Shown: positions 1-12,390 of the stretch, one piece after another
How positions within the stretch are numbered: position 1 is the first letter of the stretch
Layout of the letters: each line of letters begins with the position of its first letter
Assembly: GCF_009914755.1 (NCBI RefSeq)
Contig: NC_060929.1
Length of the DNA: 64,000 nt
Direction: 5' to 3' (one strand)
Source: the human T2T-CHM13v2.0 reference genome, Homo sapiens
Made by a program: the position numbers and the translations under genes
The notes under the pieces: model-generated
Seen by the model: only the letters and a program-made list of their open reading frames with translations
Databases searched by the model: none
Told to the model about the DNA's origin: nothing

Positions 1-22
1 TGATACAAAAATATATTTACAA

Positions 23-315
23 TTTTTTTTTTTTTGAGACAGAGTCTCGCTCTCACCCAGGCTGGAGTGCAGTGGCACGGTCTCGGCTCACTGCAAGCTC
101 CGTCTCCAGGGGTCACGCCATTCTCCTGCCTCAGCCTCCTGAGTAGCTGGGACTACAGGCACCCGCCACCACGCCTGGCTAATTTTTTTGTATTTTTAGT
201 AGAGAGGGGGTTTCACTGTGTTAGCCAGGATGGTCTTGATCTCCTGACCTCGTGATCCGCCTGCCTTGGCCTTCCAAAGCGCTGGGATTACAGGCGTGAG
301 CCAACGCGCTCGGCC
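23..315 (-). mobile_element. Alu SINE, AluY-like
   Basis: Poly-T followed by full reverse-complement Alu dimer; TSD caaaaatatatttacaa at 6-22 and 316-332. Confidence 0.97.
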
Positions 316-559
316 CAAAAATATATTTACAATTTAAAAGTTTTCTTTATCTTATTTTTAAAGAGGATGACAAGAGATACTTTGTTACTCTGTATTTTTA
401 ACATCTACTCCAACCCCAAAATTTTGCTTTTATTTGAAAGACTAATACTCTAATTCTAGGCACTAGAAAACAGATGGAATCAAATTAATAAATATTAAAA
501 ACATCTTTGAAAGGCAATGAAATAATATTCTCTAAGTTATAAACCACATTTTGAAAAGG

Positions 560-845
560 GCTTATTATGTACCAGGTACTATACTAGGTACTATATATAT
601 CATAATATTAAAATACATAGTTTTTATATAATTTATGAAGTACTAAGTACAATGCACATATATTTGATTCTCACAAAAATCCTACAAAGTAGATGGGATA
701 GTCTCCATTTTAAACATGAAAACGCTCAGGCATACAGATATTAAATAACATGCTGTTAGGTCACACAGCTAATACATAACAAAGCCAGGATTCAAATTCA
801 GGGTCTGGCTCTTGATTTCATGTTCTTAACCACAGTACTATACTT
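560..845 (-). mobile_element. MIR SINE remnant
   Basis: ctccattttaaacatgaaaac...ggtcacacagcta...gccaggattcaaattcagg resembles the MIR core in reverse. Confidence 0.8.
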
Positions 846-2811
846 CATAAAGAAATACATTTTAATTTTTTGTGAAAATATCACAAATTAAGTATATTGT
901 TACAAAATGTAAAGATAATTTACAATCTTTTAATAAATCCATTTATGAATTTCCCTTAAAATATGGACTTATGTTTTATGGTAACTTATTTTACCATGAA
1001 TGGGAGGTGAATGCATACAGCAGGAAAGAAACAGAAATAATCTCTAGAGAGAAATGAGTATAATTAGAAAACCAACATTACAGAAATGTAAAATGAATGC
1101 CAATTGTGTATTCACACAAAAGCAAGACATTGAGTAACATATACTCAAAGTCAGGGAGGCAAATGCAAATGACTCTTAATATTGTCTACTGAATTATTTA
1201 TCTGCAAAAAGCTTTACAGAAAATGCCCACGAGGAACTGCCCAGACAGCACTGCCTCTGCCTCTTCCTATAGTATGGTCTCATTCCTAGAGCATTTTGGA
1301 AAAGCATGTGCAAGAAAACAACATGTTCCTCGCAGTCACCTCTGATTACTGGCAGTGCTATCGCACTCATTAGCCTAACATTTAGTTTATAAGAACATCT
1401 GCTTCTAATACCGCCAACACATGACCTTAATCTGTGGCCAAAGGCTAGGGCTGAGTGATACAGGCATTATTTCTCAGGTTCTAGTGTGATTTTTACTTTT
1501 TATTCTTTGGCTGCATATAAAATCTCCTACTTCTCCATACTAGATCTTTTAGGAAAAGTTTTTCTTTTTCTTGTTGTGTGATGGTGGTTGTGCATGTGCT
1601 TGGGTAAGTTTTTTGTCTTTTGCTTTTTTTAATTGCCACTACACAGTTTTGGCAAAACCATTTACAGGAAAGTTAAGTTTCCCCAAGAATTGCTCAAATA
1701 TCTCTATTTTCAATACAGTTTTATCCTGAAAGAAGTGCATTAGACTGTCAATTTTCCTCTTCCCACCTTTTCTTTGCCCCCAACACAGGCAAAGCTCTTG
1801 AAAGCAAGATCGAGCAACTCTTAAAATAATTGAGAGAAACTACCCAAAGATCAGCAACCATGTGTGCAAGCCAATTCCTAAAAACAAATCTTAAAATAAA
1901 TGTCACTGTGGGCACTGAAATATATTCAGCTACTATGTTGATATTTCCATTTGAAAGCTTTAATATAAACAAATTATTTTCTAGTGTTTTCATGTTACTA
2001 AATCTTTAGTAAAGATATCACTGAGTCTTTTCCTTAGAGCTTACGTTCTAGGATGAAAGAAAAAAAACAGCAATCTGAATGAAAGCAAACTTTAGTTTCA
2101 TCTCATTTCAGCATACCTCAAACTGTCATCTCACTGTCACCTTTCATTAGCTGATACTCCCTATTTCTGTGTTCTTGTCTATAAACCAATGGAGCACACA
2201 CAAAAAAAATCACTGCAAAATATGAGATCTCCTAGATTCTCCTATTGAGTAATGGGAAAGTAAAACAAAAACTTAACATTCCTAAATGATCCGTCAAAAT
2301 CAGTACTTTCATATGGAAAACATAAGACACCACTAACAAAATGAAGAATTTTAATTCCCACGGAACCTACGGCTGAGAGTTCTTCTCTTGATCCCAACTA
2401 AAGATCACCTACCAACCAGCATTCTTTTTGAGAATATATTAAAGATACAATAAGTTTGAGTCAGTGACTGGCAGTTTATTTAGGGTAAAGGATCACTTCA
2501 CACTCCTGTTGTTGACATTAGTAAACTGTCTTAACAAAATAAGAGAAGCATATTTGCTAATGCCTAATTTAGTCTATGCTTTTAAAGTTTTGGCCAACTT
2601 CACCAAATGAGTCCTACAAATTCATCTTAAACATTGCAAATTTCAGGTCATCTGGAGGTTAAATGTAAACTGGAAGAAGAAAAGGCATTTATATTCCTGA
2701 AATGAATATATATTAAGCATGGCAATTTCATAAGATATGAAATATGTTAAAAAAAAAGAACCAGAGTGATGCAGGAAAACTTATTTTAATTCCATTCATG
2801 CAAATTTCTAG

Positions 2812-2905
2812 GTCTTTGACCTTGGCATATTTTTTAACACTTCTGGGCCTCAGTTTCTTCATATGTAAAATAAGGAGGCCAGGCTGTTATAAACACTATA
2901 GGGTT
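2812..2905 (+). mobile_element. MIR fragment
   Basis: tgaccttggca...ctgggcctcagtttcttcatatgtaaaataagg MIR core. Confidence 0.7.
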
Positions 2906-3661
2906 TATAATTACTTAAAATTCTAAAACTCCAAACTTAAGCAAATTCAAGAATTTTAAAGAACAAACATAATTACAGGCATTTAAGCCCAGGAATGACT
3001 AAACCAGACTACTACAATATGCAATAGTACTGAAAACATTTCATTTTGGCTCAAAATGTTATTCCACTTTAATAAGAGTGCTACCCAGATAGTAAGCAAA
3101 TACCTGTACATTGAAAATATTTTTACAGCAAGCATAAACAGTTTGACAGTAATTTGTATCATTCTCACGGGAAAATAACTTCTCCAATCTCATCTTTCTA
3201 GTCTATGTAGCAATGCCAATTTATAGGCATATAAAATTTGAAATCTCTTCTGTGCATCAATTATAACTTACGCAGCTCCCTGAGCAGCATTTAAAAAGCA
3301 AAGAAGTGCAAACAATATTCTGCTTGCTGACATAGTAAAAAATTTAGCTAACATAGCTTTACAACTTCACAATTTAACCGCAATCAAATATCCCCTTTTC
3401 AAGAAAGGAAAACGACTAGGGCAATATCCTAAATATAAAAATCCATGTTCAACTAAACCATCCCTGAAATTATCTAACTAGTTGTTCAAGGAAAAGGGCT
3501 ACAGTTTGAAAACCTGGCTAACACTACTTCTCCTTGTTATCTAGGTACCAGAAACTACAAAATTCTGTATTTTATTTAAAAAAAAGAATGCTTGAAACCA
3601 AAGACATACAAATTTAAGCAACATACTATAAAAATAAAATGTAATGCAACATAAATGAGCA

Positions 3662-3780
3662 ATCTTACCCCATTTATCTTGATGTGATTATTAAACATTA
3701 TACGCCTATATCAAAATATTTCATGTACCCCATAAATATATACACCTACTATGTACCTGTAAAAATTAAATAAATAAGTA
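3662..3780 (+). mobile_element. L1 3' end fragment (L1MA-like)
   Basis: gatgtgattatt...catgtaccccataaatatatacacctactatgtac followed by A-rich tail. Confidence 0.85.
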
Positions 3781-4888
3781 AGGGATAGTAAACATTAGGG
3801 CTTTCTCTGCTTGTACTATACAGAAAGATGAGATAAAGCTACATAAAAATAAACTTGGAAGGATTGAAAGTTTTTAAGAGTTCCAGAAGAATCAATAAAA
3901 GTAGGTCACGATCAAAACTGAACAAAATGGTTAACACTTGTATCAGCTAGAATTTAAGTTATCCTGAAATAAGAACTTCCTAAATGAGATATTTAGAATT
4001 TATATTTTATGTATTAGTAACGATAGGAGTATTCTATGGAGGGTGGCAAGGAAGGAGTAGATAATGAAATGTTTTAGATCTTTGAAAAATGGCAGATAGT
4101 TTTGATGGAACGTGGTAGCTTGGGTGGGATATGTTAATAGTAATTTGGGTTGATATTTACATATACTCTTCATTAGTGTTACCAGAACTATGTTATAGTT
4201 TTGTGTTGGAGGAGATGATCCTTTTTAAGCTGGATGTGTTTATATCCAGTTATTGTGTTTATATTCATTTGTGTTTATATTCAATTATCATTCAAAATAT
4301 ATCTAAACCCCAAAAAGAACCAGAAAATCTATTTTTAGTCGTATATGCCCTTCTATTTTCCTGATAAAGTAACCAAGTGAAACATAACACCTGTATATTC
4401 TTTACGGTCCAAAGGGCCCAAAGAGTCAACAAAAATTCTAAAAGCCCACAAGTGGAAAAATCCTATTTCTCAACTCCTTAATTTTAGATTGCTCTGATGG
4501 AATGGGGCTTTTGAGAATTTCCTCTAGAGCAATCATGTGCAGTTATAAGAGGTGCAGAGGCAAGTAGTTTCTGGCCAGCTGTAGACTAGAGATAGTCCTA
4601 AGGTGCCCTGCTAATAGCACATGGCTTAACTAAAATACAGAGCATAATTTAGCCTCTAATTTGATCAGTTTAAAAATCAGGCAAAAAAAAAATTGGGCAC
4701 TAGGCTAGAACCTGGCATATGAGACATCGGTCCAAAGGCACATTTTCTTAGAAACTATTTTGGAGGTCTTGTAGGTGAAACTAGATCAGGTTCACTCACT
4801 TCCCTCTATTTTCATTTAAGATTCAGTTTCTTTTGTTAAACCACTATGCATTTTTTTAAAAATCACCTGTGAAAGTAATAAACCTAAA

Positions 4889-4952
4889 AATTTCATCCAA
4901 TTCAAATCAGACTATATTTACTTCAGATTAAACATGATTTTATTAACATTCT
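4889..4952 (+). repeat. 64-bp direct repeat, copy 1
   Basis: Identical to 5466-5529. Confidence 0.95.
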
Positions 4953-5074
4953 AGACAGCTAAGACCCTAAAAGAAGAAATTGACAGTTTATATTTTTACC
5001 ATCAGGCATAGGTTATTTTATATATGTGTGTATATATCATTAATTCTTGGAGCAACTCATGCTATATAAGATTA

Positions 5075-5082
5075 TCTCTCTG

Positions 5083-5144
<62 letters not shown>

Positions 5145-5156
5145 CACACACATACA
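5075..5156. repeat. Compound microsatellite (TC)n(TA)n(CA)n
   Basis: Directly visible. Confidence 0.97.
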
Positions 5157-5465
5157 TAACATGAGTCAGCTAAAGGCCTATTTTCTAAAAGAAGGGTCAG
5201 ATGACAAAGCTCACTGACTTTAAAAAGCTTTCACAGCACAATATTTTTGATAAAAAGGTGTAGTCTATTCTTTAATTCACCTAAAGATACATTTAGCAAA
5301 AAAGAAAAAGAAGAAAAAAATGCCATTGAGAGTCAAAAGAAAATATCGTGTCAACTAAAAGTAAAAGCAAAAATAAAAGAAAAAATCTCAGTACTCACTG
5401 AATACTACTATAAACATCAAAAAATTTCCATTTAAAGTCACCAGAAACCCTTGGGTTCCTAATAC

Positions 5466-5529
5466 AATTTCATCCAATTCAAATCAGACTATATTTACTT
5501 CAGATTAAACATGATTTTATTAACATTCT
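5466..5529 (+). repeat. 64-bp direct repeat, copy 2
   Basis: Identical to 4889-4952. Confidence 0.95.
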
Positions 5530-6425
5530 TGTTGTTTATGTGTATGTTTTGTTTTTTAGTTTGCTTGTGCAAACAAGAATAAGGAGAAAGATATGCACAT
5601 GAAATTTTCTAAAGCCAGTTTTGTCTAAGAAAGTAATTATAAATTTGGAAGACACCAACACTTACGTCTTTGTAGAAGTGCTTTCAAATTGCCTATCATC
5701 CTCACTATAGTAGAAATTAAGGCTATGATGAGGCCCACAGTGATAAATTCTGATACTCAAGAACTACAATGATGATTAACATCAAACCACTGTCATTGTC
5801 CTGTTCAAAACATAGTAAGAAAGAAAACAGTGTAGAAAAGCTGTGCTGGCACAAGGGGCTTATGCATTTTTTATTCCCTTTATGAAATTACCATTAGTGC
5901 TCTTCTCTTACTCATATAAATAAAATGCACAGTCAAATTGGCATAAGTGACAGGACTTTGGGTTTCAAAGATTATCGACACATAATGGTTGTTCTCTTGG
6001 GGAAAAGGAGATGCTTATATTAAAAAGATGATGAGAAAAGAGAGTGCTTAGGACATGGAAGGAGCTAGGAAGGGGGAAATTCTGAAGCATGGTATTGTTT
6101 CCAATTAAAAAAATCTTTAATAGATTTTTTAAAATTCTGCTTCAAAAAATCTATAGGTAATGTGATGTAAACTTGAAAGCATAATTTTAAACATTAAAAG
6201 AAAACTTCCCAAATGCTGATAGCTTTCAATGAAATTAATCTAATAAAAAACAAGCATGAATTAAGAATTAATTTTTTAATATGCTATGTATAAATCCATC
6301 CAAACAGTGACAAAATCTTTGAATAATAACCCCCTGGTAGGATTTTCAAATCAGAGTTGTACATTTTCATAAAACAATACTTTTTTTGTTTTCTCTACAT
6401 ATCAGTTAACTATTAAGAATCTCTC

Positions 6426-6722
6426 ACTGGGTGCAGTGCCTCATGTCTATAATCCTAGCACTTTGGGAGGCTGTGGCGGGTGGATAACTTGAGTTCAGGA
6501 GTTTGAGACCAGGCTGGCCAACAAGGTGAAACCATGTCTCTACTAAAAATATAGAAATTAGCTGGGCGTGGTGGTGCATGCCTATAATCCTAGCTACTGG
6601 GGAGGATGAAGCACAAGAATAGCTTGAACATGCGAGGCAGAGCTTGCAGTGAGCCGAGATCATGCCACTGCATTCCAGCCTGGGCAACAGAGCAAGACTC
6701 CATCTTTAAAAAAAAAAAAAAA
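6426..6722 (+). mobile_element. Alu SINE (AluS-type, diverged)
   Basis: Full dimer with A-rich linker and poly-A tail. Confidence 0.95.
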
Positions 6723-9700
6723 GAATTTGTCTTTAATCCTGAATTTATCAGAAAATGTAACCATCTTTCAGTAATTATTTTTTGTTTTCACTGGATTTCC
6801 ATCTGTGATGGAGGCCAATGTTCCTCATTTGAGGTATCATTTTCTCTAATATGACCAGTCAGTTGTGCTACTAGGGATTTTTTAGTCAACTAGCCTACCT
6901 CAGTTTCAGTACCAAAAATGCTATTACATTACAAAAGAAGGTTATAAAACAGATGAAAAGTGAAAGGGTTAATATACCAACAATAATTTGTCACCTTATT
7001 ATAACTTGTCCTGGGGCACATAGAAACTCTATGATAAAAACAGCAACCAAGAGAGCTTCTCCTAAACACATTTCTGATGATTTGTCATGATAGCTGATTA
7101 AAATACCAAATTCAACAAGAGTCTACAAAACACAGTTAAAAATTATGTGAAGATCTACAGCACAATTTTATTTCAAGCAGTTTAAAATTTTAATGAGATA
7201 TAGATCACTCAACACTAGCTAAAGAAAGCAACTGGGAAACACCAGGGAGTAGAGCTACCCATGTATATTTCTATAGGAAATATACTGTAAGGAAAACAAA
7301 CTTTTCAAAAGTATATATAACTTCAACAGGAACAACTAGATATTTAAATATGTGCAACAAAATAACGAGCCCAACCAAGCTCAATTACTACATTTATGTT
7401 CATGGTATGTAGGAATTCACTTCCCTAACTATTTAAATGGGATTTTTTGGTTGACATGATTTTTAGGTAGATTTTATACCAATCATGACTGAGAATTACA
7501 TACTCAGAGAATTGTATCAAATAGGTTGACTTAAAAACTCATTCAACAGTCTTGACTATCATTAGTGGAAAATCTGAATTTAAGTATTTTCTTTTGATGG
7601 TAAGCAATCAATCTACTGTTATTGCATCCTGATGGAGCACGTGAATTAAAAATGAGAAAACCAAAAGAAAGGTTCTTTCAGCACTGTCTTTGCAAGAACT
7701 GGGATTTTACCAATTTGTTCTATAGTTGTATAGGCTGTCAAGTATTATGAAATCAATGCAATGTATTCACTAGTTGTCACTCACAGGATGACAGTATTGT
7801 AAATTAAGGGAATGCATCTTCAAGCAGGGTTGCATACACATATTTCTAAGGAATTCATCTGTAGTCTGATTTACACTCTTAAAATAGACAACCTACCACT
7901 ATCTGTTGAAAAGTCTCACAGGTATGAAATTGTCTAATTGAATATCATTTTCCTTTAGAATCAAATAGGCTCCCATTTAGCTTCAATCACTTTGCAGATT
8001 TAACCTTAATATTTTCTATACAGTGAAAACGAGTCAAAAGACTTCAAGAATCATTTTGAATAACATTACTTATTTAAATATGTCTCTACTGAGATGAAAA
8101 TTACTGAGTAAAAATATGTCATGGTAGTTACATAACTCCTGAGAATATATCAAATTGCATTCCTTATAGCAGTAATTCATTACCACAATAGATTGCTAAA
8201 ATCAATTCTAAAACCTGAATAGAACAAAGATTTTCAAAATAAATAAAAAAAATTATTGGCAGGTAAACTAAGATCTTTTACATCTAAAATAATGGTTAAA
8301 TTACCATTTTTAAATAAGGTTTTTCAAGAGGCTGCTGCAGTTCTTTTTTTAATCTAAATAACCCATTTTTTAACCACATTTACTTAATAATCTAATAAAA
8401 AGTGACCAGACAATGTGATAATCAATACAAGTTCCGATAAGTCTCTATAAACAATTACATTTTTTATGACTTTTATTAAAAGAGCATTTTAAAAGAAAAA
8501 ATTGTTTCAAAGGAAGAATAATCATACATAAACTGCTTTTATTTTTAATGTTTCCTTTAAGACTTTGTCATACACGTTTATATAACCATGAACATAATAA
8601 ATATAATTTACTTTTAAAATATAATTTTTATCGTGGGAGAGAAAGAAAACATTAAACAGGTTTGGCGAAGTCAAAACTGAGACTTGGATTAGGAAAGAAA
8701 TGACAGGAAAAAAAAAATATCCCTTTCATATGCACATGCAAACTCTAAATTCTAACCCAAGAAGCATAAACCTTAAAATTAACAGAAAATCTCAAATCTT
8801 AGTAATCAAGAAGCTCTGAGTGGGAGTGGAAAATAATAATGATATTCAAAAGTATCTGGATATAGTAATATAATTTTAGGACATGCCTCTAAATAGAATG
8901 ATTACTACGCCTTTGAATAAGATGTCAGGGGCTGTTATTATATACAATTCAATTTAAATGAATAAAGAAAACGAAAAGTATCTTTTCAAGATTTTAACTC
9001 GGGTAGTAAAAATGTAAAAACCCAGAACAAGCTCATTTGTAAAGACAGCTTTTCTGTATGCTGAAAATATCTCAAACCAATTCTTTTCCAATGCTGCCTT
9101 AAAGGAACATTTATTAACTTCTAGGTTGATAGATGTTAAAGAATGTCTGCTTTAATATCCTACTTTATTTTTTTAACTTTTATAGACTGTCAATTGTGTT
9201 CTAACTGCATAAGATTTATGGGCTCAAAGATGGCACAACCACATTAGCCAGGTGTGCTGAGATTAGGATAGCTCTTGTAAGTTCAATTAATAACACTATA
9301 TTATTGTGTCCTAATCTAAAAGACTGACTTTGAAGTTCTGGTCCTCATTTTAATATATTTCTCATTTAGATTTTGTTTCTGAAAAAGGAAGATAGAATAA
9401 GTAATTTTTTTCATTGCTCTGAATTTTTCAAGTCTTTCTAAACCTTCAAATTTTAGAAAAATAGCAAAACTCAAGAAACATAGTTTTCATATACATCTCT
9501 AAGCAATTCTCAACTCTGCTACTGAAATAAATAACATATTTCAAACAGGAATAGGAACAATTTGCAGGTTTAAATCTATGCTTGTTTTATATCTATTCTG
9601 ACACAAACTTCTTTGTTCAAGTTATTTCTAACCCCAGTAAATTATTACTTCCTGGTTACATTAAAAGGCTCCTTGAGCATCTAATGAATCTTAATAAACG

Positions 9701-10416
9701 TGTTTCCTTGACTATTCACCAGTGGAAGTTCTGAATTCTCTTATAAATAAATCTGTGACTGTTTGGTAATAATATTTTGCTATAAGAGTGATTTGTGAAA
9801 AATTTGCAACCAGCCCAAGAATTCAGTTACCAAAATCACAAATGAAGAGACCTCCAGAGTCCTCATTAATAGGATGACTATAAACGATTTAAAATTGCAG
9901 TGAGGTGGATGCTTCTATGAAAAGATAACTTACATGGGCATTATTAGTTTTAATAATGAGAACCTACACCTTAGAAGGAAAATTCTAATAAAACATTCCA
10001 TTGGGGCATAAAAAACAGGGTGGGATTTACTTCTTACCAACTAATCACCACTGTGTATTCCCTTATATTCTCAGAGCAGCAAGAGACCACTTTTTCATCA
10101 AAACACAAATTTTTGCTACAGAGGAAATTTCAAACACTGATTGATCAGTAAGAAAAAAATAATTATTATAGTATTTGTTATAATTATGAATGCTAATTAT
10201 TATATGGCTACAGTAATTATGGTTTCATTATAACTTATAGCTTTCTCTTATAATTTCTAAAAATTATCTCAATAAATGTAAAGGCTAAATTTCAGGGTTT
10301 TATTTGTATAAAATCATTTTAATTATTTAAGAGTAATTGACACATAAATTTGCATGTACAATCATATTCAATTTAGTATTCTACTAGGAGGATAACCATG
10401 AGTCCTTCCAAAATGA

Positions 10417-10754
<338 letters not shown>

Positions 10755-12197
10755 TAAGAAATGCAAAAGTGTGAAGAATTCACACAGCTCTGTTAAATCA
10801 AAATTATCTCTTACAGATAGTAATGACCACAATAGACCAAAATCTGTGTTTGTTATTAGTGTTATATATAAAAGAACAGAAACCCCTAATTACTTAATAC
10901 ACTAATGCTCTCTTCTTAATAGACATTAACCAAAATGAACACTATTTAGGAAAATGTGTTCTTTTTAAGGGAATAAATAATATTTTGCTCTATATAATAT
11001 GTTGTATGTATAACAAACATTGAAAAAGTATGTAAATAGTATTTTCTCCTTAAAACTTATTTTAGAGAAATTTTATTTTCTAATGGATTTGATTAGCAAG
11101 TACAAAAATGTCTGCATTTCAGTGGGCTTTCAGTAAACAATGATTTACAAAACACCTTTGCCTTCATTATTACTTCCTCTTGACAGACATTTTATTTAAC
11201 TATGTAATAATGATGGTCTTACCATACAAAGAAGTATCTGATTTCCCAGGTCAGGCTGTGAAAACATCACTATGACCATTGAAGTTTACATTGCCAGCTC
11301 TCACCCACACTCCATATTTCTAAATATGCATAATAACATCTCCATTTGGATGTTCTGCATCAGTTTACCTCTAACCTGGCATAGAAACATGGAACCAAAA
11401 GAAAGGAATGTCATATTAGCAATGGGAAAAATAAGAATTTTAAGGGCCTTCAAAGAGAGAAATGGAAATGGTTAAGTAAAGTGTGATAAATACCCACTCC
11501 AACGCATATTGGGAAACAATAATCGTCATTAATATGATCACTGAAGATTCTAGAGGAACACGAAGGCAAATAGTAAAACTATACAAGCACTATGATGACA
11601 ATTTTAAAAGCATTATTCGTAAAAGATGTAGGAAAAGCATCAAAAAAAGTGAAATTTTTGAAGTAAATTTTAAACTTCTCCCATAAACCACCTCCTCTTT
11701 ATCTTTTTCTATTTGTGTATCTAAAATTTTTTATATCAAGTTTGGCTCTTTTTTTTCTTTCAGGGGTCTCCAACTAGTACTATGCATGGGAGAAGTGGCC
11801 ATGAATGAGATATTAGTACACTGTATTTAAATATTCATAGTTTATGCATTTGAATTCTATGTGCCATGTTAGCCTTACTTATAAGCAGCAATAATAAACT
11901 ATTTGAAATTATGAGAGAAATCTTAAGTATTTATTTTATTTACTCCATTCAGTCATTCAATCAGAGCACAAATAAACAGTGCATTTTGGAGACTGAATTT
12001 TAAATTCCCTGAGAACAGCACTGAATTCTCAGTGCCTACCATGATGACAGGAATCAAGACAGCATGCAGAGATCTGCTGGAAGAGAGAAAGAAAGAAATG
12101 GAGGGCTGAGAAGAAAGGAAGGAAAAAACGTTGGTCTATAGGAAAGCAAAGAAAAGGAAGAGAAAAACATAAAAAAAGAAGAAAAGACAAAAAAATG

Positions 12198-12390
12198 TAG
12201 GCTTTGGAGTCAAATATCTCAGCTAGAATTCCGTATCTATTCTTACTGACTGTAAAATTTCAAATGTATTTTAATTTTTATGCTCCCACTTCCTTGTCTG
12301 TAAAAATGAGTCAAATGAGTTGGCACACGTAAAACATTCAGCAGAAGTCCAATACACAGTAGGTATTCAGTAAATACCAGCTGCTCTATT
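12198..12390 (+). mobile_element. MIR remnant
   Basis: ggctttggagtcaaa...tctgtaaaaatgag...cacagtaggtattcagtaaata. Confidence 0.7.

Noticed and set aside
34-255. Alu-derived ORFs here and at 10429, 18519, 41997, 49094, 51361, 58741, 61619 and 62768
   Set aside because: Standard Alu translation artefacts
3750-3780. Recursive-splice-like T-rich cag|gtacat on the minus strand
   Set aside because: It is the antisense L1 tail and the 5' splice site is poor
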